DNA of 64,000 nucleotides from an uncultured Acidobacteriota bacterium (GCA_963804995.1 CAWDSK010000003.1:448001-512000); one strand, 5' to 3'. Counted from the first letter of the stretch, positions 1 through 10,271 are shown. Notes: a model not told the origin generated them from the letters alone. Translations and numbers: made by a program.

Positions 1-2
1 TA

Positions 3-401
3 GCCGATTACGCGCTCAAACTTCCTGCCTCGAACGGCAAGCTGTTTGTCGTGGGCTTCTGCTGGGGAGGTGGGCAGAGCTTTCGTTTTGCCACGAATCG
101 CAACGACCTGGCGGCCGCCTTCGTTTTCTACGGTCCTCCACCGGCGAAGGATGCCATGTCGCGTATTACGGCTCCGGTATATGGATTCTATGCGGGCAAC
201 GACGCGCGGATTGATGCCACCATCCCTGACACGGTCGACGCCATGAAGGCCGCCGGCAAGGCTTACGATCCCGTCACCTATGAGGGCGCCGGGCACGGCT
301 TCATGCGGGCGGGCGAAGCTCCTGATGCGAGCGAGGCAAACCGCAAGGCCCGCGATGCCGCCTGGGCACGCTGGAAGAAATTGCTGGCGGAAAGCAAATA
401 G
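3..401 (+). CDS. Dienelactone hydrolase family protein (5' partial)
   Basis: Frame open from position 3; GFCWGGG nucleophile elbow and YEGAGHGF catalytic His motif. Confidence 0.85.
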   Translation, partial: ADYALKLPASNGKLFVVGFCWGGGQSFRFATNRNDLAAAFVFYGPPPAKDAMSRITAPVYGFYAGNDARIDATIPDTVDAMKAAGKAYDPVTYEGAGHGFMRAGEAPDASEANRKARDAAWARWKKLLAESK

Positions 402-486
402 GAGCTGATTCTCGGGAAACGGTGCGCATCGCAAATGGCGAGCGCTGTCATTCCGGAACCTCCGCTCCTTGCCAACACCTTGAGGC

Positions 487-1773
487 GTGGCTCGGCACTC
501 GCACACCAGCAAGGGGACGCCTATCGGCTGGATAGCCCAACTTCATCGCAGCGAAAAGCTTGCCCTGGCGGCGACCGTTGGCGGCTTCGGTGTCGATGCC
601 TTCGATTACACGGTTTACACCTTTATTATTCCAACCCTCATGACTACCTGGCACCTCAGCAAAAGTCAGGCTGGCTTGGTCGCCACGGCTTCCCTGCTCT
701 CCTCAGCCGTGGGCGGATGGTTGGCAGGGGTCCTGGCCGACCGCTACGGCCGGGTTCGCATGCTTCAGGTCACGATCGTGTGGTTTTCCATCTTCACCGT
801 TCTCAATGGATTCGCCACTTCCTACTGGCCGCTGCTGGTCACGCGTACGATGCAGGGCCTCGGCTTCGGCGGGGAATGGTCGGTTGGCTCCGTGCTGATG
901 GCGGAAGTGATCCGCCCGGAACACCGCGGCAAAGCAGTCGGCATCATGCAAAGTTCCTGGGCGGTGGGCTGGGGAGTTGCCGCAATCACCTATGCCGCAG
1001 TCTATTCTTACCTGCCGGAGGCTCTCGCTTGGAGAGTCCTGTTCTGGATGGGAGTCCTGCCAGGGCTCCTGATCTGGCGGCTTTGCCGAAACCTGGATGA
1101 ACCTCCCCTCTACGTCGAAAATCGGCGCAAAGTCGAAAGCGGAAAGTCGCAGCCGACTTTTCTGAGGATATTTGCCCATCCCGTCCTGCGTATTACACTT
1201 CTTGCCAGTTTATTGTGTATGGGTATGCAAGGCGGGTATTACAGTGTTACCACATGGTTGCCAACCTACCTGCGAACCGTTCGGAACTTCAGCGTAACGA
1301 ATGCCGGCGCCTATCTGGTGGTTACTATCACTGGATCGTTTCTCGGATATGTGACGGCGGCCCTCATCATCGATCGCCTGGGGCGCCGCCGGACGTTCAT
1401 CCTCTTTGCCGTGGCGGCAGCCGCTTCCGTCGCCTTCTATATGCTACTTCCCGTCTCAGACCTGCTCCTGCTGCTGTTGGGGCTTCCTTTGGGATTCGCA
1501 GTGTCCGGAGTCTTCAGCGGCGCGGGCTCCTTCCTTTCTGAACTGTATCCCAACGAGATCCGTGGTTTCGGCCAGGGATTCAGTTACAACTTCGGACGGG
1601 CGGCAGGCTCGCTCTTCCCCACCCTCATCGGTTTCCTGAGCGTAAGAATGGGATTGGGGAAAGCGATTGGGATCTTCGCCGTCCTGGCCTATGGCTTGTT
1701 GGTGCTTTCCGTCTTATGCCTGCCGGAGACGAAAGGCAAGGACCTGAGTGAGGGAAGCTTCGTGGCGGGGTAG
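487..1773 (+). CDS. MFS transporter
   Basis: About 12 hydrophobic segments; motif A (GVLADRYGRVR, IDRLGRRR); GLGFGGEW; PETKG C-terminal motif. Confidence 0.9.
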   Translation: MARHSHTSKGTPIGWIAQLHRSEKLALAATVGGFGVDAFDYTVYTFIIPTLMTTWHLSKSQAGLVATASLLSSAVGGWLAGVLADRYGRVRMLQVTIVWFSIFTVLNGFATSYWPLLVTRTMQGLGFGGEWSVGSVLMAEVIRPEHRGKAVGIMQSSWAVGWGVAAITYAAVYSYLPEALAWRVLFWMGVLPGLLIWRLCRNLDEPPLYVENRRKVESGKSQPTFLRIFAHPVLRITLLASLLCMGMQGGYYSVTTWLPTYLRTVRNFSVTNAGAYLVVTITGSFLGYVTAALIIDRLGRRRTFILFAVAAAASVAFYMLLPVSDLLLLLLGLPLGFAVSGVFSGAGSFLSELYPNEIRGFGQGFSYNFGRAAGSLFPTLIGFLSVRMGLGKAIGIFAVLAYGLLVLSVLCLPETKGKDLSEGSFVAG

Positions 1774-1794
1774 TACAACCCTGCGTCGTGGGCT

Positions 1795-4194
1795 TTAGCC
1801 GACGGTCACCGACGGGATCGTCAAATCAAACGAAACTTGCACTGGCTGGCCGGCGTGGCGGAATTGGACGGTCACGGTCTTCTCGTCTGAAGCTTCTTTC
1901 ACATCGGTCACCTCTGGGTTCTGTCCGGCCCTGGCGATTCCGAGCACGGCGACGATATGAGCCGCAGCGCCTTTCTGCATCGTTTGAGCGGTCAGGTGCC
2001 ATTCCGGCGGGGGGGTACCGAGTTCGGGAGGAAACGGATACTTATCCGTCTGCGCGAGTTCGAGGCCGCCAGGCGCAAGCAAGAATCCCGCGAGCGATGC
2101 CTGCTCAAACGTCAGCTCGATGTGACCCGTCGATTGATCGATCGTGAATGGGGCACGTCCGTGCATCCACGACTTCATTAAGACGGCCTCCTTGCCCTGC
2201 ACCTCGTCAAGAATCACCAGGACTCCGGGTTTTAAGAACAGCAAGTGGCGGCGGTAGCGTTTCACGTCCTTACCGTAAGCGGGGGAAGCGTCACCGACTA
2301 CATAGTCATAGGAATCACCGGGCTCGAACACGATCACTTTGCCGGTGGCGGTTTCGTTCCTTGACTGCCCCTGGCCATTAATCTCAAGGGCGTTGTGAGC
2401 TTTCGTGGCAACATACCACTGCAAGAAAAAGGGGCTATCCCACCACGGCCGGATGCCGGTATTCACCAAGAGGGGGGAACCATACGCGCCCAGGACGATG
2501 CCGTTCTGGTCCGCATGGCTGTGGCTGATGTTTCCCAACTGGGAGGACCGCATCATTACCTGCACGTCTTCCCGCCCATCCACAAGATTGGTGTGAAGCG
2601 AGACCCAACCCACACCGCGGAACCACTTGGCTTTGGGCCAATCGAGGGGAGGTCGTGCCTTGGGAACCGGCGGGTCGGAGCGGAGCGCTCGCAGCAAGCC
2701 TAGGGCGGTGGGAGGGAAAGCGTCGCGCCCATATGCCTCGGCGTACCACTGCCATTCGGGCTTGGCACGCAGGCGAGCAAAGTAGGCATCGACAGATCCC
2801 AAGCCGCGGATACCCGGCTCAAAGTAACCGATGCGAGGCGCTTGGTCGGGGTATTCTTCACCGTAGTCGGCGAACCCCACCAGCGCTCCACCGGGAGGCG
2901 CCACGTAGATGGAAAAGTCCCCCACGTGCTGGTAGAAGGGCTTCTCCGTTCCGTCGATCTTCATCGCCGCTTGCAGCGTGTCCAGCCACCATGTCGAGCG
3001 CAGCATATAAACCCGCCAATAATTCAAGCCCTGCGCCCATCCACCGTCGGCATCGCCGAAGGCAGGATACCAACCCCAGAACATCATGAAGGCGTAGTCG
3101 AGCCATTTCTTAGACTCCGGCACTTCACCGTAGTAAGCGATGGCAGCCTCGGCTAGAAAATGCCATAGACGTCCCTGGTGACTGTCGTAGGCCTTCTGCT
3201 CGTGGGGCGCGCCGTGCAGTTTCTTGTAAGCCTCCTCGCCGCGCGCGCGGATCATGGCCCGCAGTTTCTCGCGATCGGACTCGCTGAGCGCGTCGTAGGC
3301 CCAGTCATAGGCGCGCGAGGTGACGAAGAGGATGGGCATGCCGCATTCATCATTTGTTTCGAGGCTCGTCGTGCCGGCTGGATCCCAGGAAGCAATGTGC
3401 AGGAGCCACTTTCGCGCCCCTTCCCCGTAACGCGGCTCGCCAGACAATCGGTAGGAGAGAGCGAGGGTTTCAGCGACTGCACACGCCTTGATGGTTGCGG
3501 TGTAATTGCGCCGCCATTCGCTGGCGTCCTCCTTGCCGTTGGTGTAAGGGGGTGGTTCAGGAGTCAAAGGTTGGATCAGTTGCTCTTCCGCAGCCTCACG
3601 GAATTGATTCCACCGTTCCCTTTGCGGTCCAAGACACGCCTTGCGGAGTGCCTCAACTTCTTCCGGCCTCATCATCAGGCGCGGGTGGGTCCGGGGAAGG
3701 CGCTCCAGGATCAAGCCTTCACTCGGACGTGGAAACGGCCGGGCGTCAGGGGCGATGGTAAAGTTGCGAACCTTACTCCAGTTAGACCTCGCTCCGTTTT
3801 CACCCTCGCAGGCATAGCGCCACCACCACTTGCCCGGCGCGAGTGTGGCCGTGTGGGTGTAGAGGACGTAAGGGGTTTTCGAGACCGTGATCACGTCGCG
3901 CGTAAACTTCGTGTCGCGGGCCAACTGGACTGCGTAAGTTTCGGCGCTATGCTCCGGCAGCCACGCGAGCGCCGGCGGATTGGTTCCAACCGTAGCCTCC
4001 TCCGCGGGCAAGTAACCGATCTCGTCGATGCGCGGCGCACGGTTCGAGACTTGGGGCGGCATCGAGGCAGGGCGCGTTGGCACAGGGCTTTGCTTGGCCG
4101 CGGCGTACCCGAATCCCTCAACCTGTGGCCTTGGCGCGGCAGTCACTACCAAGGCTCGTTTCGAAAACTCTTTAAGGAATTTGCGGCGCTTCAT
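1795..4194 (-). CDS. DUF4962/heparinase II-III domain polysaccharide lyase-like protein, Tat-exported
   Basis: KRRKFLK twin-arginine leader; SHSHADQN and TKAHNAL motifs typical of heparinase II/III C-terminal domains. Confidence 0.75.
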   Translation of the reverse strand: MKRRKFLKEFSKRALVVTAAPRPQVEGFGYAAAKQSPVPTRPASMPPQVSNRAPRIDEIGYLPAEEATVGTNPPALAWLPEHSAETYAVQLARDTKFTRDVITVSKTPYVLYTHTATLAPGKWWWRYACEGENGARSNWSKVRNFTIAPDARPFPRPSEGLILERLPRTHPRLMMRPEEVEALRKACLGPQRERWNQFREAAEEQLIQPLTPEPPPYTNGKEDASEWRRNYTATIKACAVAETLALSYRLSGEPRYGEGARKWLLHIASWDPAGTTSLETNDECGMPILFVTSRAYDWAYDALSESDREKLRAMIRARGEEAYKKLHGAPHEQKAYDSHQGRLWHFLAEAAIAYYGEVPESKKWLDYAFMMFWGWYPAFGDADGGWAQGLNYWRVYMLRSTWWLDTLQAAMKIDGTEKPFYQHVGDFSIYVAPPGGALVGFADYGEEYPDQAPRIGYFEPGIRGLGSVDAYFARLRAKPEWQWYAEAYGRDAFPPTALGLLRALRSDPPVPKARPPLDWPKAKWFRGVGWVSLHTNLVDGREDVQVMMRSSQLGNISHSHADQNGIVLGAYGSPLLVNTGIRPWWDSPFFLQWYVATKAHNALEINGQGQSRNETATGKVIVFEPGDSYDYVVGDASPAYGKDVKRYRRHLLFLKPGVLVILDEVQGKEAVLMKSWMHGRAPFTIDQSTGHIELTFEQASLAGFLLAPGGLELAQTDKYPFPPELGTPPPEWHLTAQTMQKGAAAHIVAVLGIARAGQNPEVTDVKEASDEKTVTVQFRHAGQPVQVSFDLTIPSVTVG

Positions 4195-4311
4195 GACTTT
4201 TCCCCGGTCAGAACAGATTTGATGCTTGACAAGGGGTTACTACCCTTAAGTAAAGCATCGAAGTCTTCATAATGGTTCACACCAGAGGGCAAGGGGCGAG
4301 AGGGTCGCGCG

Positions 4312-5595
4312 CTATGGCCGGGTTTCAACTTGTTTTGGCACATATTCCTGGCGCACCATGAACACGTAGGCGGCGACGCCCATGATCAGGAAGAGTACGA
4401 TGGCCTGCATCGGCGCCTCATAACTGCCTGTGGCTTGCTTGAGCAATCCTGTCAAATAGGGGGCAGCGATTCCAGAGAGGCTGGCGGCGCAATTCTGGAC
4501 GCCCACGATGCGCCCCACGGCCGCGCCTGGAAATAACGTTTGGGTCAAGGCCCAATAGTTGGCCGTCGCGAGGCCCAGGCCACTCAGCGAAAAGACCGCG
4601 AAGAATAATGCCACCGAAGAGGAATGCGAGAAGGCCCCAATAATTTCCGTTGACGCCAGCAGCAGGCCTGCGATCGTGAACGCCTTGCGAATCCGGACCG
4701 GCTCTCCACCGCGAGCGATAATCCGGTCGGCCACCCAGCCTGCCAGGGTCGCCACGGCCGCCATTCCCAGGAAACTGAACATGGTGTAATACCCCATGGA
4801 ATCGAGAGAAAGGTGGCGGCGTTCCACAAAGTAAGCCGGCATCCAGGTCATGCAGAAATAAACAAAATACTGATAGCTGAAGGTGCCGATTACCGTGCCC
4901 CAGATTACGGGGCTCGCCATCACTTGGCCGAAGCGAATCGTCGCCTGCGTGGTTTTCTGAATCGCGGGGTTCGGTCCCCTCGGGCGATCGTCTTTTACCA
5001 CGCCCAGCCAGGGAAGGAGCCAGACCAATGAGCCGAGGCCCAGGATGACAAACATACTACGCCAGCCGGAAGCGAGTACCAGCCAGGCCGCGATGGGAGC
5101 GCCCAGCGCCGGGCCAACCTTGGCAGCGGCCATATAGAGACCCACCGCAAATCCACGCTTTTCCTCGGGAAAATTAAATCGGATCCAGCTCATGCCGGCG
5201 GGAGTCACCACCGATTCCGATGCGCCCAGCACGACGCGAACCAGGAAGAGTTGCCGTACCGAGTGGGTCACCGCCGTGGCCGCTGACAACATGCTCCACA
5301 AGAAGTAGCCGGCAGCCAGGGGATATTTCGCACCATAACGGTCAACCCACCATCCGGCGGGAATCTGCAGGAATGCATAAGAGAGAAAGAAGGCGGAGTT
5401 CAGGACGCCGCGGTCCTGGTCGGTTAAGTGATAGAGCTCCTTGAATTCCTTCAGCACTAACACGACAGAAAGATTCACTCGGTCGAAATAAGCAATAATC
5501 ATCGCCAGGCAAAGCAGGCCCAGAATGAACCATCGCTGGAACGCGGGACTGGATTCGCGGGGTGAGGCCTGCCCTGCTGAACGGTCGGTATCCAT
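4312..5595 (-). CDS. MFS transporter, anion:cation symporter (hexuronate/galactonate-like) family
   Basis: IAYFDRVNLS N-terminal motif, FPEEKRG, TWMPAYF; about 12 TM segments. Confidence 0.85.
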   Translation of the reverse strand: MDTDRSAGQASPRESSPAFQRWFILGLLCLAMIIAYFDRVNLSVVLVLKEFKELYHLTDQDRGVLNSAFFLSYAFLQIPAGWWVDRYGAKYPLAAGYFLWSMLSAATAVTHSVRQLFLVRVVLGASESVVTPAGMSWIRFNFPEEKRGFAVGLYMAAAKVGPALGAPIAAWLVLASGWRSMFVILGLGSLVWLLPWLGVVKDDRPRGPNPAIQKTTQATIRFGQVMASPVIWGTVIGTFSYQYFVYFCMTWMPAYFVERRHLSLDSMGYYTMFSFLGMAAVATLAGWVADRIIARGGEPVRIRKAFTIAGLLLASTEIIGAFSHSSSVALFFAVFSLSGLGLATANYWALTQTLFPGAAVGRIVGVQNCAASLSGIAAPYLTGLLKQATGSYEAPMQAIVLFLIMGVAAYVFMVRQEYVPKQVETRP

Positions 5596-5952
5596 GGGAT
5601 GGGTGCCGGCTCCTTAATCTACCCTGAGATCTGGAAAAACACTCTATATGCCAAGAGGCTGGACTGCAAGCCCCTTTCCGGTATATGTGGGCGTGCAGCA
5701 GCAATGCTGGCCCTTGGCGATTGCGACGTTGCCCGGTGCGGTTTCTTGCGTGTATGTTACCCTCTTGCGCTAGGGCGGTAAGTTCGCAATGGGGTTTTGG
5801 ATCAGGTGATCGTTGAGTAGGAGTACACGCACTGTGAATTAGACGGGATTTATCACCGCGCCGAGGGGTTTTCTTCGAGTGGTCGGAAGCACGGGGGTAG
5901 GGGGGGTGAATTCCTAACTCGCGGAACCTTTAAACGCCCCAAACCTACGAGT

Positions 5953-6088
5953 GACCCCTCACCCGCCTGCGGGCAAAAGCCGAAGTCGTTTACGGTTCCC
6001 AGGTGCCCCTTCGGTGGGCGTAGGCCCGTCCCGCCTCCCGATAGAATGCATCGGGACGGCGGTCCACCCTCTCCCCTCGGAGAGGGCT
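5953..6088. repeat. CCCCTCACCC...CCCTCTCCC/GGAGAGGG palindromic repeat core with internal insert
   Basis: Same core recurs near 13156, 14472, 26515, 34048, 34175 and 47803. Confidence 0.65.
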
Positions 6089-6204
6089 ATTACTTAAGCT
6101 GTGAGGTGGGCGGCATATTTGAGCGACATGCGTTCCGGCCGCGAGCGATGCGCCGACAGATCAAAATTGGAAAACCTGGTTCACAGGCAAGAGGGAGAAA
6201 GCTG

Positions 6205-7443
6205 ATGACGGTCTGGCAACAATGCCTGGCGGTGGCTCTGACGGTTTGGCCAACCATCATTTCTGCGGGAGGGGGGAAGCACTCCGCCGCCGTGATTTCC
6301 AATCAGGGAGCCACACTCGGGGCTGGCGCGCCAGAGGCGCTGGCGGCGCCACCCAAGAGGGCTTCCGGTGACGAGCTTCCAGGAAAACAGGAAGTCTTTT
6401 CCATTTTGAAGAACGTGAACTCCTACCAGGTAGCGCATCCGGTGGTGGACGCATGGGAAGCAGCGAATCCGACGGTAGGTCCGGCGAGACGGCCCTGGCC
6501 GCGCGCCACGTGGTACACCGGTGTGATGGCCGTGTGGAAGGCAACCAAGGACCCCGCGTTCCTGGAACAGGCCATCGAGTATGGCCGCCTGCTCCATTGG
6601 GGAGTAGGCGAGGAGCAACTGGGGGCCAATCGGCTTTTCCCCGTCGAAATCTGGACCGAAATTTACTTCGTCAAAAAGGACCGCACCATGATCGAACCCG
6701 GGATCAGATGGCTCGCCACGCCTGATCCCCTCACGCCCACCAGCCAGAAGCGCTGGTATCTGGATGCGAGAGATTCTTTCGCAGAGCATCCTGTCCCCTA
6801 CATCGATTCCACCTATGGGGCGGCCGGCCTCGCCATGCTCACCAAGGCCACGGGGGATAAGAAGTATCTCGATATCATGAGGGCTTTTCTCGACAACGTC
6901 ACCGGAGAGCTTTTGGATCAAGAGACCGGACTGTTCTACAGGGACACTCGCTTCATTGGGCAGCGGGATGCGAATGGAAAGAAGGTCCTGTGGTCGCGCG
7001 GCAATGGTTGGGTTTTCGCGGGGATCGCGCGCGTGCTGGACTACCTTCCGAAAAACGACCCCAGCCGTGCGCACTATCTCGCCCTCTTCCGGCGGCAGGC
7101 GGCAGCGTTGGTCAAGCGGCAAGGCGCGGATGGCTTGTGGCGCGCGAACTTGGATGACCCTGACCAGTTTCCCAGTCCTGAGACGAGCGGAACGGGATTC
7201 TTCTGTTTCGGCTTGGCCTGGGGCATCAATCACGGCGTCTTGAATCGCACCGAGTACCTTCCGGCCGTCGAGAAAGCCTGGAAGGGCTTGAACCAAAGTC
7301 TTAGCCCGGAGGGTAAAGTCTTGTGGGGTCAGATCGTGGATGATCAGCCGCACAACGTGGCGCAGGACAATACTCACGAGTACGTTACCGGAACGTTTCT
7401 ATTGGCCGGAAGCGAAGTCTACAAACTAACTCGAAAACCATAG
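6205..7443 (+). CDS. Glycoside hydrolase family 88/105 (unsaturated uronyl hydrolase)
   Basis: WSRGNGW and ETSGTGFFCFGLAWG motifs; signal peptide; ATG 6205 after GAGGGAG. Confidence 0.85.
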   Translation: MTVWQQCLAVALTVWPTIISAGGGKHSAAVISNQGATLGAGAPEALAAPPKRASGDELPGKQEVFSILKNVNSYQVAHPVVDAWEAANPTVGPARRPWPRATWYTGVMAVWKATKDPAFLEQAIEYGRLLHWGVGEEQLGANRLFPVEIWTEIYFVKKDRTMIEPGIRWLATPDPLTPTSQKRWYLDARDSFAEHPVPYIDSTYGAAGLAMLTKATGDKKYLDIMRAFLDNVTGELLDQETGLFYRDTRFIGQRDANGKKVLWSRGNGWVFAGIARVLDYLPKNDPSRAHYLALFRRQAAALVKRQGADGLWRANLDDPDQFPSPETSGTGFFCFGLAWGINHGVLNRTEYLPAVEKAWKGLNQSLSPEGKVLWGQIVDDQPHNVAQDNTHEYVTGTFLLAGSEVYKLTRKP

Positions 7444-7494
7444 CACGTCGGGAATCTCCGAGTAGCCGGTGCTCGCATAAGTGCGTACCGCAGT

Positions 7495-7606
7495 GCGGCG
7501 GAGCACTCACCAAAAGTCATAGGAAAAAAACGCGTCAAGATGCGAAATTAAGTGGGACCTCGCTCGCTACGCCCCTCGGAGAGCAACAACTGGGACATGT
7601 CCCACT
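7495..7606. repeat. Dispersed ~110-bp repeat ending in a GTGGGAC...GTCCCAC hairpin (copy 1)
   Basis: Aligns by eye with 31237-31347. Confidence 0.65.
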
Positions 7607-7726
7607 ACGACAACATGTCGCACCGCCACTTCAGCCCCCCAGCAACAGACCCTTGACCACAACTGTTAGCGAACTGCGAGCCCCAAGCCAGCCGCTTTGG
7701 CGCAGATCAGGATACGACGCTGTGTC

Positions 7727-7815
7727 GGTGATGCCGCAGTTTCAGGACGTAGCGGCGAGTTCACCTCGCCATATGGCGGCGTAAAGCCGCCTCTACGTCA
7801 AACTGAGACACTACC
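7727..7815. mobile_element. MITE with IS1-like ends enclosing a GTAG REP doublet
   Basis: GGTGATGCCGCAGTTTCA ... TCAAACTGAGACACTACC around GTAGCGGCGAGTTCACCTCGCC...CTAC; no target duplication seen. Confidence 0.65.
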
Positions 7816-7896
7816 AGGGCATATCCATACTTCCCAACCACTGAGACTTCATGGTAAACTTTGATTCAATCAGACTTTACGTATTGAGGTGGATGA

Positions 7897-8172
7897 TTGA
7901 AGACGATTACGGCAACCCACTTGGCACGCAATCTGCGCCGCATATTAGATCGTTTGGTCATCGAGGGCGAGGGCATCGTCATCGAAAGGAATCGCCAAGA
8001 GGTGGCTCGTCTCCTCCCCGGTCCGGCGCAACAAACCGCGCTGGAAGCCATGGCCGACCTCTACCAAACCCTCCCGCACGACGCTGCCGCCACCTGGGAG
8101 GCGGATAGCCGCAAGGGGCGGTGGAAGGGCAGCCGGCTCGATAAGGGCCTTCGTGATCCATGGGTTTCTTGA
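7897..8172 (+). CDS. Phd/YefM-like antitoxin
   Basis: KTITATHLARNLRRILDRL...IVIERNRQEVARL pattern; overlaps downstream PIN gene. Confidence 0.75.
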   Translation: MKTITATHLARNLRRILDRLVIEGEGIVIERNRQEVARLLPGPAQQTALEAMADLYQTLPHDAAATWEADSRKGRWKGSRLDKGLRDPWVS

Positions 8173-8585
8173 TGGACACTTGCGTGTGGATTGATGTGGA
8201 GCGGGGCGCGCTCGCCCCCGCCGACGTGGAGGCACTGACTCACAGCGAACCCATTGTTATGTCTCCCGTGACTCTCGCCGAACTGCGCTTCGGCGCGGAA
8301 ATCGTCCTCGACCCAGGAATCCGCCAGCAGCGCTTGGCCGCCCTCCGGCGGCTCGAACGCAAGCCCCTTCTGTATATCGATGGCACCACAGGAATTATTT
8401 TCGGCTCCCTGGCAGCGCAGATTAAGGCCGCCGGACGCCAGCATCGTTACCGCGTTCAAGACCTCTGGCTCGCCAGCCAGGCCTTGCAACATGCCTGCCG
8501 CCTATTAACCCGAAATAAGCACGATTTCGAAGATATCCCCGGCCTCAACCTCGTGGTTTACCAATTGGCGCGACACAAACCTTGA
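8160..8585 (+). CDS. vapC: PIN-domain (VapC-like) toxin
   Basis: LMDTCVWID, TLAEL, DLWLASQA, LLTRNKHDF acidic PIN motifs. Confidence 0.85.
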   Translation: MGFLMDTCVWIDVERGALAPADVEALTHSEPIVMSPVTLAELRFGAEIVLDPGIRQQRLAALRRLERKPLLYIDGTTGIIFGSLAAQIKAAGRQHRYRVQDLWLASQALQHACRLLTRNKHDFEDIPGLNLVVYQLARHKP

Positions 8586-8590
8586 GCAAC

Positions 8591-8662
8591 CGTAGCGCAG
8601 GCCTCCGCGGTTGAGTTCGAGCGAAAGCCGCAGAGTTTGAACTACACAAACTCTGCGCTACG
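8591..8662. repeat. GTAG-type REP doublet
   Basis: CGTAGCGCAG ... CTGCGCTACG inverted ends. Confidence 0.65.
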
Positions 8663-8792
8663 CGCTTTTCATGTGCACCTCCAACTCTCACACTTAATTT
8701 AGCTGCGCTCAGCGTAACCTGCGACCTCCGCAAGTGGAGGCCGCTTCACCACCTCTCAAAGAAGGAAGGTGCCGTCCGGCTGCCGAAGGCGC

Positions 8793-9092
8793 TCAGAGCT
8801 TCTTCGGCCACTTGCGGGCGCCATGGAAGACGCGGAGGATTTCGACAGCGTGGCCGCGCACGCGGTAAGGGACCAGGTAGGGAGTATCGGTTACCACCAA
8901 CTCGCGGGTGCCCTCGACGCGCCCGGGGCGGCCCAGCGCGGGATGCTCGGCGAGCAGTTCCACCGTACTGGCAATGGCTTTCACCACGCGGGCAGCGGCG
9001 GCGGGATGATCGCGGGCGATGAAGGCGGCCTCGGCGTTGAGGTTGGCCAGCGCCCGTTTCAGCCAGCGGATCTCCAGCCGGCTATCGGGCAC
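8793..9092 (-). CDS. RelE/ParE family toxin
   Basis: GRPGRVEGTRELVV, PYLVPYRV, ILRVFHGARKW. Confidence 0.9.
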   Translation of the reverse strand: MPDSRLEIRWLKRALANLNAEAAFIARDHPAAAARVVKAIASTVELLAEHPALGRPGRVEGTRELVVTDTPYLVPYRVRGHAVEILRVFHGARKWPKKL

Positions 9093-9339
9093 GTGCGCTC
9101 CGCTCGGTCCACTTCTTCACCACGCGGCGAACCTCGGACGGAGAGGCAAACTCTCCCCGGTCAGCTTCCGCCAGCGCCTTGCGGGTTTCCTCGATCTGCC
9201 ACTCATTGATCTTCACGTATTCGCGGATCGCTTCCGTCGCCACAAACGAGCGGCTGCGGCGCTGCGCCTTCGCCAAACGGTCCAGGCGTTCCCGCAGCTC
9301 GGGTTCCATGCGTACGGTCACTACCGGGGTGGTCGCCAT
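9082..9339 (-). CDS. Ribbon-helix-helix (CopG-like) antitoxin
   Basis: VTVRMEPELRERLDRLAKAQRRSRSFV; ALAEADRGEFAS; overlaps toxin start. Confidence 0.85.
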   Translation of the reverse strand: MATTPVVTVRMEPELRERLDRLAKAQRRSRSFVATEAIREYVKINEWQIEETRKALAEADRGEFASPSEVRRVVKKWTERSARAR

Positions 9340-9502
9340 GATGCACTCCTAACACAACTGAATACAGGTGATTCTACCATGTCCAAAGGGCGCGGGAAAA
9401 GAATTTGCGCACCTGCCCGCTCGTACGCTGCCAGCGCCCCTAACCAGGGACTCCCGTTGGATTCCCCGGCATTGTTAATAAGGAAAAGTGGGGACAAGGA
9501 AT

Positions 9503-9648
9503 TGGTGACTGGAACGTGTGAAAAAATCGTCCAGAACCTTCTTACCGCAGAGACGCCGAGGCGCAGAGGATAGAAAATAAAGGTCTTTTTCTCTGCGCCT
9601 CTGCGCCTCTGCGATAAAATTGCTATTTCTTCACAGCTTCCTGACACC
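9503..9648. repeat. MITE-like element with imperfect 24-bp inverted ends around an ACCGCAGAG/CTCTGCG hairpin core
   Basis: GGTGACTGGAACGTGTGAAAAAAT versus reverse complement of right end GGTGTCAGGAAGCTGTGAAGAAAT. Confidence 0.5.
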
Positions 9649-9674
9649 GTTTCCTGCGCGAACGTTGGGTGGCA

Positions 9675-10271
9675 TTACCGATCATTTAATCCCTTGCCAT
9701 GGAGAATTTTCGGCATACATTTTTCAACCCTTGACTCCCGAGTTTTGGATTGTTTGGGTGCAGAGAAATAAAGAATGTATCCTCTTTGCCGTCCTGGCGT
9801 CAGTGCCTCAAAAGCAGTTTTCAAGCCAGGGATTGCATTTAATTTATTTTTGACTTCTTTTGGAATGATGAATTCTGTAGTCTTTTTAAGCTTCACTTTC
9901 AAACCGGCTTTTTCCACTTCAATGGCCTCATCAATATAGGCTTTCAAGATGGTTTCCATCTCAGCTATTTCCCGAACCTGGGTGAAGCGAATCAGGCGCC
10001 CCGCCTGCGTATTCTCCCCAGGTTTGACTAGAAGACCATGGGCATCCTTTAACAAGGCGCCTTTGAAAAACAAAAGCGCACAATAATTTTTAAATCCACC
10101 TATTAAAACGATGTTCTTCCCCTGAAACGTATAACAAGGCTGACGCCACTTCAATTCTTCGGTCAGCGGACAGTCAAGAACGATCATTCTCAATTTCTTA
10201 AATTCTTCCCGCCACTTTTTGACTTTGCTGAAATATACGTCAAGCTTAGGGTTCATTTTGCTCGTTGTCAT
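9675..10271 (-). CDS. YdeI/OmpD-associated family protein (DUF1801)
   Basis: EELKWRQPCYT, LFFKGALLKD, LTPGRQRGY, AKQSKTR-like motif; visibly AT-richer than flanks. Confidence 0.9.
   Translation of the reverse strand: MTTSKMNPKLDVYFSKVKKWREEFKKLRMIVLDCPLTEELKWRQPCYTFQGKNIVLIGGFKNYCALLFFKGALLKDAHGLLVKPGENTQAGRLIRFTQVREIAEMETILKAYIDEAIEVEKAGLKVKLKKTTEFIIPKEVKNKLNAIPGLKTAFEALTPGRQRGYILYFSAPKQSKTRESRVEKCMPKILHGKGLNDR

Noticed and set aside
7820..9700. Integron cassette array of TA genes
   Set aside because: No convincing RYYYAAC...GTTRRRY attC sites, genes are convergent, and no integrase is present
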